A DNA stretch of 64,000 nucleotides from Octopus sinensis (Eukaryota), in NCBI RefSeq assembly GCF_006345805.1, contig NC_043008.1:35340001-35404000 (forward strand), in the 5' to 3' direction. The position numbers were made by a program, and so were the translations under genes. Positions 26,560-37,631 of this stretch are shown piece by piece. Below the pieces are notes generated by a model. It was given only the letters and a program-made list of their open reading frames with translations. It did not search any database and had not been told where the DNA came from. Numbering within the stretch: the stretch's first letter is position 1; the number at the start of each line of letters is the position of its first letter.

Positions 26560-27215
26560 CAACATCTTGTTTTGCTGCTTGCGGCGGCTCTATTGACGCT
26601 TTTCCCTCTTGTTTGAGGGAGAGGCGCGGTGATGGAGGTGATAACGGAGGGAATTGGCTCCTCAGACTTGTGATCGTCTGAAGAGGAGCTGGTAAGGAGT
26701 CTGGGGAAAGTGGATGAAGTGATGGAGGTGGGGAAATTTGCAGGGTTGGTGAGGGAGAGGAGTGAAGATGTGTGCCTGAGAGATTTGAACGGATTCAAAG
26801 AAATGCTTAAAAGGGAGGGAAAAGACGTAAAGGTGTCCATACCCAGTGAGATTACGGAAAGGGTGACAAGAGGAAGTTTACTGTGTGGGACTTGCAGTGT
26901 GAAGCACCAACGGGTGGAGGTCGCACCCAGGTCGGAGGTTGATAGGGCTTTGAAGCCCATGTGGATGGAGCAAAACGGACGAGGTGATCTTTCCCATATA
27001 CCTGGGAAGACGTGCTTCTCGGATGAGGGCAGAGTGGTCCCTCCTGAGATGGATGATGCCTGGCCGGTGGCCGCCATCCTGTTGGGAGTGGAAAACAAGT
27101 TTATAGTCTTCTAGGCCAAGAGAGTGTCACCAAAGAATTGGCAAGAGCAGGGCCTGGAAATTGTAATCCGGGCCGCCACGGAGGATTTGGAGAGGATGGT
27201 GGAAACCATCGCATC
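26560..27215 (+). mobile_element. Decayed coding-like segment, possibly LINE ORF1 (L1/Tx1-type)
   Basis: GC- and purine-rich island with frameshifted ORFs (...VPPEMDDAWPVAAILLGVE...GLEIVIRAATEDLERMVETI); family assignment is tentative. Confidence 0.35.
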
Positions 27216-27270
27216 TTTTCCATTCGTTTACCATTTTTTGCTCCCACTTATATGTTTGTCTGTCCTTGTA

Positions 27271-27708
27271 TCGCAGGTTTCTGTTAATTTCTGTTCCGGA
27301 TACATTGAATTTTGTCAAGTTTTGTAGTTTGCTTAGCAAAGATATCGAAACAACGATCAAATAGCCATAAACCACGAATTACTATTTTGCCGTAGCGGAA
27401 GCACAACCAACAGCAGAACTTATGAGAAGGGTTAACAACATCAACCCTGATCCTGTAGAGATGGAATCGATTGTGTTTTCTTTATGGCCCACAAGGGGCC
27501 AAACACAATCGATTCCATCTCTACAGGATCAGGGTTGATGTTGTTAACCCTTCTCATAAGCTCTGCTGTTGGTTGTGCTTCCGCTACGGCAAAATAGTAA
27601 TTCGTGGTTTATGGCTATTTGATCCTTGTTTCGATATCTTTGCTAAGCAAAGTACAAAACTTGACAAAATTCAATGTACCCGAAACAGAAATTAACAGAA
27701 ACCTGCGA
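27271..27708. repeat. 208-bp inverted repeat with 22-bp spacer
   Basis: 27271-27478 vs 27501-27708, about five mismatches by eye. Confidence 0.95.
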
Positions 27709-28160
27709 CGCAAAGCAGTAACTATTTCCTAAATGAGTGCAGTAAGCTAGCACAAAACAGTGTATAAACACAAGCATAAATATATCGACGAATGAGTGCA
27801 TAGGAGTGTTAACCAAGAGTTTGGATTCAAAGTGGCTGGGAAGTAATATGAACACAAACTAAAGGCTGTAATTGTGAATGATAATCGCGTGATTTTATGG
27901 GATTTTTCCTTGGAGGTTAATCCTAATATTGAAACAAGGAGACGTGATATGATCATAAAGAACGCAGAAAAATAAAACGAACAGTGTAAGGTTATACACT
28001 TTGTAATACAATATAACAGAGTCGATACCTTAGAAACTGGAAAAAAATTGAGAAATATTAGGTTCAAGCCACAGAAATGAAGAGATTGTGGAACACAAAG
28101 TTAAGAATGGTCTCTGCGGTAATTGATGCACTTGACGCAATACCCAAACTGCTAAAAATA
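27700..28160 (+). mobile_element. Old R4/Dong endonuclease remnant
   Basis: ECSKLAQ, YEHKLKAVIVNDNRVILWDF, IETRRRDMII. Confidence 0.7.
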
Positions 28161-28174
28161 ATAATAATCCTTTC

Positions 28175-28818
28175 CACGGCGAGGAAAAGTCCTCAAATTT
28201 GTGGGGAGGGGACAAGTCAATTACATCGACCCCAGTGTTTCACTGGTACTTAACTTATTGAACCCGAAAAGATAAAAGGCAAAGTTTGACCCCCGGTGGA
28301 ATTTGAACTCAGGACGTAGCGGCGGACGAAATACCTATTTCTTTACTACCCATAACGGGCTAAACACAGAGAGGACAAGCAAGGACAGACAAACGGATCA
28401 AGTCGATTATATCGATCCCAGTGCGTAACTGGTACTTTTTTAATCGACCCCGAAAGGATGAAAGGCAAAGTCGACCTCGGCGGAATTTCAACTCAGAACG
28501 TAGCGGCAGACGAAATACCGCTAAGCATTTCGCCCGGCGTGCTAACGTTTCTGCCAGCTCGCCGCCTTCGGCAGACGAAATACCTATTTCTTTACTACCC
28601 ACAAGGGGCTAAACACAGTGAGGACAAACAAGGACAGACAAATGAATTAAGTCGATTATATCGACCCCAGTGCGTAAATGGTACTTAATTTATCGACCCC
28701 GAAAGGATGAAAGGCAAAGTCGACCTCGGCGGAATTTGAACTCAGAACGTAACGGCAGACGAAATACGGCTACGCATTTCGCCCAGCGTGCTAACGTTTC
28801 TGCCAGCTCGCCGCCTTA
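28175..28818 (-). mobile_element. SINE family B tandem cluster
   Basis: Three Nin-like units and two GGCGGCGAGCTGGC heads on the minus strand. Confidence 0.85.
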
Positions 28819-28908
28819 ATAATTATAATAAGAAGGAGAATGATTTCATTTATTGGATACAAAGGTCGAAGTTATAGAGGACAATAACAAAGAACGAAAT
28901 ACAACATA

Positions 28909-30167
28909 GAAGGTGCATTCTAGAAAGTTTTGAGACTTTTTCAGAAGAAACATTTATTAATTTCTAAGAAGTACAAAACTCTAATCCCCTTGGAAGTAGG
29001 ATCTTTTGACTTCAATGCACTTTTAGCGTTCCAACCACTTCCTGAAGGCCCCATGGAAGTCCCCCAAAGTAAAGGTGTTGAGGATGCTTGCCGCCCTTTC
29101 ATCTTCTGAATGTCATTGAAACGACTGCATCTAAGGTTCCCCTTCAGCTTGGGAAACAACTAAAAGTCACAGGGTGCAAGGTCGGGACTGCAGAGTGAGA
29201 GAAAGGCAGTTTTGATGCTCATTTCTTTCAAGTACTAGGTTATCAAGACAGAATTGTGAACTGGTGCACTGACCTGATGCAGATACCACCGACCCGAGTG
29301 AAAGAGCCCTGGCCTTTTGTGGCAAAATCTCTTCCTAAAGTCTCTCAAAACTTCCACAAAGTACTCTTTGCTGAGTCTGCCCAAGTGGATGTAGATGATG
29401 CCCTTGCTGTTGAAAAAGGGTACAACCATGGGCTCTGCAATGGAGTTGCTTTGCCTGGTCTTCTTGAGCTTGGGGGAGCCATGATACTTCCATCGAGCAC
29501 TCTGCTTCTTAGTCTCTGGATCATAACACTTGATCCAGCTTTCATCACAGATCACAGAAGCTCAAGTACTCGGATTGGAGGCAATGATCTCAACCATCTC
29601 CCCGCTGTCACCAACGGGTCTTTCTTTCTGTTCGTCACTAAGCATCCTAGAAACAAATTTTACACAAAGTTTGTACATGTTCAGATCTTCCTGTGTACAG
29701 TTTCCATACCAACTCCAAACTATATGCTTATTGTCATTATAGACACACGACGGTCTTCATCCAGAAAATTGCGAATTTTCCCAACCGGCTCTGATGTACT
29801 GATGTCCTTCTCCCTCCCACACCTCTCATTGTCTCTCACTTCCTCTGTACATCCTTGAACCTCTTGTGCTAACGGAAATTAGATGCTCAATCATATAAAT
29901 TAATCCATAAACTGTCCGGCGTATTTCATGTTTCTGTAGTATTTTTGCCCAGTTTAAACCAAAATTGTTGCATTCAGTAAACTAAGCAGTGTTTAATTGG
30001 CTGTGTTCATAGTGCTGTTACAGTCGTCTCTCTGTCTCTCCATCCAGAATAACAAAAAATGGCAGGTCAGCTTATTGGATGTATATAAGGAGATAGTAAA
30101 ATTACAATAATCTAGAACAGTTATAACAGCTTCTAAAAGAGTCTCAAAACTTCTGTAATGCACTTCG
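28909..30167 (-). mobile_element. Near full-length decayed mariner transposon (~1.26 kb)
   Basis: TIRs TA|GAAGGTGCATTCTAGAAAGTTTTGAGACT and AGTCTCAAAACTTCTGTAATGCACTTCG|TA; CDESWIKCYDPETKKQS, HQVSAPVH, SPDLAPCDF*LFPKLK. Confidence 0.9.
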
Positions 30168-30506
30168 TACTAACAAAACAGGTGGGATTTACATCAATCA
30201 CAGGAAGACCCTACAACAATAAGTATATGGGAAAATAAAAAATAGAATTTAGAAAAATAAATATATAAATAAATAAATAGAAAGTTCAAAAGTGGTGCAG
30301 TCAACATGGTGTAATTCGGGGAAAAGACCCACTCTGCCGTCTCCAAGGTATTCGAATTTTTTTTTTGTATGTTTCCTTCCTCCAACGCAGAAAATTTTAC
30401 TCAGAATACATCCATTCAGCCTCGCCAGTCTTGCCATTCTCTTCCAGTTTCGATAAACACACGCTAATAATAACAATAATATTAACAATAACGATAACAA
30501 CAACAA

Positions 30507-30528
30507 CGATGATGATGATGATGATGAT

Positions 30529-30560
<32 letters not shown>

Positions 30561-30600
30561 GATGATGATGATGATGATGATATGATGATGATGATGATGA

Positions 30601-30642
<42 letters not shown>

Positions 30643-30662
30643 GATGATGATGATGATGATGA

Positions 30663-30702
<40 letters not shown>

Positions 30703-30722
30703 GGAGAGGAGGAGGAGGAGGA
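30507..30722. repeat. (GAT)n/(GAG)n microsatellite
   Basis: Direct inspection. Confidence 0.95.
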
Positions 30723-31759
30723 GCTAGTGAAAGTGATGATGACGGCGATGTGTTTGTAGTGTGTTATCTCTGAAACGACCACTTATCATCTCCTTTACTT
30801 GCCTGCTCTAGAGACAACTTCATAATTAAATACTAGAGGCAATTCTCTGTCCCCCATCCTGCCCTGCACCACTCTACGCCGCTCTGCGCCGCCGCTCCGC
30901 TCAGGTACTGAATCTTTATATTGATTTCGTATTTCGTTCAAGTAAAGTGAACGCGACTTTCAAGCAATGACCTAACGTCAAAACAGCTTTATGTCTGATG
31001 CAATACCACAAGAGCAATTTACTACATCTTCAATCTGACTTGCGCTATTGATCGACAAAGACAATTTCATCTACTCTTTTCACCATTACAGAGCATGGTG
31101 AAACATAAAAAAAAAACAGAATGAAAGAAATCAGAGGCAAAAATGGAGGAAAATAAAAAGAACGATTTTTAAGCCATAAACCTGTATATTGTTATGCCTA
31201 CAAGCTATGTGGTGTTTTGTTCTTTAAAGTAAATTCTGAAAAATAAAGAACTACTTATTGTTTTAAATTCTAAGCCATCTACTTAATTACTCGCCATTTG
31301 TCAATCTTCTTCCCTTCCTATGCTCGGGGCAATGTCGAAAACACGAAGCGATAAATTTCGGCTAGATAACACCCAAGAATATTGATTCCCAAGTAATATT
31401 AGCCAGAGTAATCTTCTAAAAAAATATACATTGTGACCTTTAAAACCGTTGTTTGTGAACACTTGAGGTATGATATTTTCTTTTTTGTTGACTATTTCAC
31501 TCTGAAAGTAATTAAGTTCTATTTAGCTATTATTTCTTTTAGCTGCATAATTGCATTTAGATTTTTCTGTACCTTTAGGTTACCTTTGGTTACCATTAAA
31601 GGCATGGTTAAATTTTCAGTCCAATTTATTTTAAAAGTCAGATTGCTTTTTCGAGTCCCATCCTAGTATCGAAATCGAATACTGTCTTATTTGAGATCGA
31701 TTCACTTTATGAGAACGAAAAATACACGATGTCCGTGATACTTCTTTCTTGAAATATTC

Positions 31760-32715
31760 TTTCCTACTCTAGGCACAGGGCCCGAAATGTTGGGGAGGGA
31801 GCCAGTCGATTAGATCGACCCCAGTACGCAACTGGTACTTAATTTATCGACTCCGAAAGGATGAAAGGCAAAGTCGACCTCGGCGGAATTTGAACTCAGA
31901 ACGTAGCGGCAGACGAAATACCACTAATCATTTCGCCTGGCATGCTAGCGTTTCTTATTTCTTTACTGCCCACAAGGAGCTACACACAGAGGGGACAAAC
32001 AAGGACAGACAAACGGATTAAGTCGATTATATCGACCCCAGTACGTAACTGGTACTTATTTAATCGACTCCGAAAGGATGAAAGGCAAAGTCGACCTCGG
32101 CGGAATTTGAACTCAGAACGTAAAGGCAGACGAAATACCTATTTCTTTACTACCCACAGGGGGTTAAACACAGAAGGGACAAACAAGGACAGACACACGG
32201 ATTAAGTCGACCCGAGTGCGTAACTGGTACTTATTTAATCGACCCCTAAAGGATGAAAGGCAAAGTCAACCTCGGCTGAATTTGAACTCAGAACGTGGCG
32301 GCAGACGAAATATCTATTTCTTTACTACCTACAAGGGACTAAACACAGAGAGGACAAATAAGGACAGACAAACGGATTAAGTCGATTATATCGACCCAGT
32401 CCGTAACTGGTACTTAATTTATCGACCCCGAAAGGATGAAAGGCGAAATCGACCTCGGCGGAATTTGAACTCTGAATGTAGTGGCAGACGAAATACCGCT
32501 AAGCATTTCGCCCGGCGTGCTAACGATTCTGCCAGCTCGCCGCCTTTAAATATTCTTTTCTACTCTTGGCACAAGGCTCGAAATTTTGGGGGAGGGCGCC
32601 AGTCGATTATAACGACCACAAAATGCTACTGGTACTTAATTTATCGACCTCAAAAGGATGAAAGACAAAGTCGACCTCGGCGGAATTTGAACTCAGGACG
32701 TAAAGACAGACGAAA
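31760..32715 (-). mobile_element. SINE family B tandem cluster (five Nin-like units)
   Basis: Repeated GAAAGGATGAAAGGCAAAGTCGACCTCGGCGGAATTTGAACTC. Confidence 0.85.
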
Positions 32716-32818
32716 CTTCTTTCTTGAAATATTATTAAAAGATTTGGCATTGAATTGCAATATTGCAATGCCGTGAGAACACAGGAATTTTACGGCACCG
32801 GAATAAATGAATGATTTA

Positions 32819-33257
32819 ATCAAAAATTAAAGGCAGTACCTGTGGCCTTTTTAGTTTTCGAGAACCTACGAGAACAAAAGGAGGAAGTCATTTCCAGGCT
32901 AAAGACTTGATCCAAATGCCTGCATAGAGTTGAATTCCACGTGCTGTTACTAAACAATACCGCAGCAGGCATAGCCGTGTGGTTAAGCAGTTCCTCTGTG
33001 GTCCCAGTTTCGATCTTAATACATGACACTACAGGCATGTCCAATCATCGAGCAAAGCTTTGTAAAGAAGTTTTATCGACAGAAACTGCATGGAGGTCTG
33101 CTGGAAGAACCTTCCTATTCTCTTGGCTTAGACTTAATCCATCACTTTGGAGGAATCCTATTCTACGCTAACATTTGAGTAGGGATGACTTCCTTCCTTT
33201 GTACTTATAGGCCCTCCAAAAAATAGGGGTTATGGGCACCCTTCTGAATCTTTTGAA
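32819..33257. mobile_element. Possible old MITE with a nested SINE head
   Basis: Diverged ~75-bp inverted ends (CAAAAGGAGGAAGTCAT vs ATGACTTCCTTCCTTTG); SINE-like head at ~32960-33015. Confidence 0.4.
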
Positions 33258-35487
33258 TAAGTCATATTTTAAAATAATCGAAACAAAACATCAACTAGAC
33301 TTCCTATTTCAGTACGTTTTTGTTGTTGTGGTTGTTGTTGTTGTTGTTGTGGTTGTTGTTGTTGTTGTTGTTGTTGTTCTGGTGGTGGTTGTGGTGGTGG
33401 TGGTGGTGGTTGTGGTGGTGATGGTGGTGATGGTGGTATTGTGGTGTTATAGTGTTGATGGTGGTGACGGTAGGGCTGGTAGGATGGCTGTGAGGCTGGT
33501 GGAAGTTGTAATCCCAGATGAAATCTCATTGAGCAGACCTATCGTAACCATGAGGTCGACAGAATAAATAAACCAGTCTTATAGACCTGTTGTCTCAGAC
33601 ACACGTTTGAACAATTCACTGGCTGAGATACTGCCCTCCCCTCCACATACACACCGGAATGCAGTGGGTAATCATACGGGATGCAGTATAACAGACATCA
33701 TGTGTAGTACATTTTCCGCTTATTGACCAGTCCATTACTTTGTATGAAGTGTCTGGGCCATCTACACAGATCTTTAAAATTAAGGATCCTTAACTTCCGA
33801 AATAGTCCTAAGGGCGCAGTAATGATCGAATGGGCGTCATAAGCACCTAAACTTGACGGAACCCCTCCCTCACCAAGCCTGACAGCTTATTTTTTAACAA
33901 AGAGTAAAAAAAGTAGAAAGGAGAAGAGTCGACCCTCAAAGTTGGATTGGTACTTTATTTATTGCCTCTGAAAGGATGAGAGGAGAGGTTGACCGCGGCA
34001 GGATTTGAACGAAGAACGTGGAGAGCAACAAGGTGCTCTGTCCGATGCTGCAAAGTCTCTAGTAATTCGCCATCAATACACAGAGTGGTATGAATTTATC
34101 GCATCATCTATACTTTCTAAAATATAAATTCATTGATATTTATTAAAGTTACCTGCTTTCATCCTTTCGGGTCGATAAAACAATTAAATCAATTAAGCAC
34201 TGGGTCGATTTAATTGACTAGTTCCCGCCCGCAAAATTTCAGGCGTTGTGCCTATAACAGAAAGTATTATTGAAGTTATCTCCCTTGGACCTTCATTTTT
34301 CTTTTCCCTTTTTTATTCTTTTTTTTTTGTAGATTTTTCACACCCCTAGGGGAGTTTTTCTCTACTAATTCACAGCTAATCTCTGAAGTTTTTCTACTCA
34401 CTATATTACGTATGCATTAAACGGTGTTCCTACTCTCTCTTTCTCTCCCTCTCTCTCCCTTTTACACTTAGTTGCTTATCTGTACGTCATTTCCTGTTAC
34501 TGCACCTACTTCCTTTCTTTTCACATCACTATAATTGTGTCTTCACCAATGTATTAACTTTCACCAAAACCATCAACCATTCTTAAACATTGTCTTTTAA
34601 TGTCTGTATTTACTTCTAAAGACGAAAAACCATCATAGAAAACTCATTTCTAGCTACGTTTTCGATTAATTCTCACCTCTTAATATTGTTTAACTTTTTA
34701 ACATTAATCATATTTATCCTGCAGTCATCTGAACTGAAAAGACCTCGATTGGTTTCGGGCAACGTCTTTTAACCTTGAGATAAAATATAAGAGAAATATT
34801 TTACTTACCTTATCACTTTAGTGTCATATATTTGTCGACCTAAAATTTCAGGCGTACTTTGTCTATTTCCTTTAATTTACTTGTTCAATCGCTTATGTTT
34901 GTGTAATGATGAGAGAGTAAAATATTCGTGAGAAATCTGTACCTAATTAGAGAATTTCTACTTCACACATTCGCCACTTTTGATCAAAACAAGCTAATGA
35001 TATATGACATTCATGCCGCCTCTTGAGTTTGCCCCTCTCTCTCTCTCTCTCCGTATCTCTCTCCCTCTGTATCTCTCTCTCTCTGTATCTCTCTCTCTCT
35101 GTATCTCTCTCTCTCTGTATCTCTCTCTCTCTGTATCTCTCTCTCTCTCTCTTTCTTTCTACTCACACACACAGAGGCGCAGGCGAAGTTATATTATTAC
35201 TTCCCAACCACATGGTTCCGGGTTCAGTCCTACTGCAGAGCACCTTAAGGAAGTGTCTTATACTAAAAGTATGGACCCACCAAAGTCATGAGCGGATTTG
35301 GTACACGGAAATTAGAAGAAGCCCATCGCATTCTCTTTTATTTTTTCTCTTTTACTTGTTTCAGTCATTTGACTGCGGCCATACTGGAGCACCGCCTTTA
35401 GTCGAGCAAATCGACTCCGAGACTTATTCTTTGTAAGCCCAGTACTTATTCTATCGGTATATATACAAAATACATTTAGATAAATAT

Positions 35488-35645
35488 AGGCGCAGGAGTT
35501 GCTGTGTGGTAAGTAGCTTGCTTACCAACCACATGGTTCCGGGTTCAGTCCCACTGCGTGGCACCTTGGGCAAGTGCCGACCAAAGCCTTGTGAGTGGAT
35601 TTGGTAGACGAGAACTGAAAGAAGCCTGTTGTATATATGTATATG

Positions 35646-35677
<32 letters not shown>

Positions 35678-35937
35678 AGTGTGTGTGTGCATGTGTTTGT
35701 GTGTGTGGGTGGGTGTGTTTGTGTGTTTGTGTGTCTGTGTTTGTCTCCCCAACATCGCTTGACAACCGCTGCTGGTCTGTTTACGTCCCCCGTAACTTAG
35801 CGATTCGGCAAAAGAGACCGATAGGATAAGTAGTAGGCTTACAAAGAATAAGTCCTGTGGTCGATTTACTCGATTAAAGGCGGTGTTCCAGTATGGCTGC
35901 AGTCAAATGATTGAAACAAGTAAAAGAGTAAAGAGTA
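35488..35937 (+). mobile_element. Near full-length family A SINE; partial copies at 35176-35330 (+) and 35345-35457 (-)
   Basis: tRNA-like head GGCGCAGGAG...GGTTCAGTCCC, CORE-like CCTTGGGCAAGTG, (TA/TG)n centre, (GTAAAAGA) tail. Confidence 0.9.
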
Positions 35938-36421
35938 TACATTTAAACATATCATAGTCAATAGACACCAGATTCAATTCAAAAGCTCCAGACTCAATTT
36001 CATTACATGATATGTTTCACCAGTGTCTTTTATAATAACCTCGGGGTCAACCATTGCTTTTGTAGATGAAAGGAAACCATGTGTAATCCTGTCCGATAGC
36101 TTCTATATGCAATTCCAAGTATTAATCTTGTCGCTTACGTCTTGTCACGCTGATTGGTTCTAAGGATAACATTAAAGTAAAAGTTTCTATTTTATTTGTC
36201 GTGATATTAAAGTATGTCGCTGATAATCTTTCATCCCAGAGCGTTCCCCTTGCCTGCCTCAGTACCTAATACAGGCGATGGTTTTGATCCTCAAGCTCTT
36301 GGGAAAGGGAGACTATTTGATGTGGCACACATTGTTGAAGTTGCTCAAGACGACAGGAACTTTCGCGAGGTCTACCCACTGTTTCTCACACATACATACA
36401 TGCATACATACATACACACAG

Positions 36422-36467
<46 letters not shown>

Positions 36468-36634
36468 ATATATATGTATATATATGTATATATATATATG
36501 TATATATATGTATATATATATGTATTCGTGTACTTCGTTCATTTTCCGTCCTCGTGTTGTATACATTCGAAGCTTTCTTCCAGGGGATCTAATGCGCTTG
36601 GCTTAGATTTCCCTTGGCGGGCTGCCCAAATCGG

Positions 36635-36701
36635 AGCAATCTCAAGATTAATCAGCCGAAATTGCTAAGATGATCTGGTTCTTGACTGATGACTGAGGGC
36701 T
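36635..36701 (+). ncRNA. Candidate non-circularly permuted hammerhead ribozyme, copy 1
   Basis: AGCAAT-C-TCAAGA ... TCAG(CC)-GAAA-TTGCT ... TCTTGA-CTGATGA-CTGA: 6-bp stem III, 6-bp stem I, exact core; stem II imperfect. Confidence 0.55.
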
Positions 36702-37404
36702 TCGAATGTCCCGTCCTGTGGTTCTTGTGTCGTCTCTTTGGTGTTTCATGTTCTTGTCCATGTCTGTAATTATTTTTACTGTTTACATATATAATCGGCG
36801 GCTACGTATCCACAATTGTCCTTATACGATAAGTATATTTTTTCTCTAGCATTGATACGACTCTTGATCTGTCTCTTTCTCTCTCTCTCTCTCCTCCCTT
36901 ATTCCCCTTCCTTTCTTTCCCTCTCCATCCGTCTTCCCCCCCCCTTCTACGTTTCTCTATCTCTCTCACCTCCAGTCCCCTCGATCTGTCTCTTTCTTCC
37001 CCTCCCTCGTCCACCTTCTCTCTCTTTTCATCTGTCCCTTTCTCCTGTCTTTTGTTCTCACGTGACCGCTAGCCACTGTTGAGCGCCCTTTTCGTTCCAG
37101 CAGTCGCCGAAGCAACACGTATTTGTTCGTCTCCCTGCGGCCATTAGGCACAACTTCATAAGCCAGCCCTAAACTCAACTCGTCCTGTCGAAAGACCCTT
37201 GTCCTACGTCCTGGTTTTGTTTTGTTTTTTATTTTTACCGTTATTGTTTTTACGTTTTTGTATTCTTATTGGTGTCACGTATTCTGTATTTTTGTTCGTG
37301 CACTTCGTTCATTTTCCGTCCTCGTGTTGTATACATTCGAAGCTTTCTTCCAGGGGATCTAATGCGCTTGGCTTAGATTTCCCTTGGCGGGCTGCCCAAA
37401 TCGG

Positions 37405-37471
37405 AGCAATCTCAAGATTAATCAGCCGAAATTGCTAAGATGATCTGGTTCTTGACTGATGACTGAGGGCT
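37405..37471 (+). ncRNA. Candidate non-circularly permuted hammerhead ribozyme, copy 2
   Basis: Identical to copy 1, offset +770. Confidence 0.55.
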
Positions 37472-37549
37472 TCGAATGTCCCGTCCTGTGGTTCTTGTGT
37501 CGTCTCTTTGGTGTTTCATGTTCTTGTCCATGTCTGTAATTATTTTTAC

Positions 37550-37588
<39 letters not shown>

Positions 37589-37591
37589 ATG

Positions 37592-37631
<40 letters not shown>

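Larger units (their letters stand above)
36525..37563 (+). mobile_element. Non-coding element with 269-bp terminal direct repeats (retrozyme- or PLE-pLTR-like)
   Basis: 36525-36793 and 37295-37563 differ at one position; period 770; (TA)n on both flanks; no credible ORF. Confidence 0.8.
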
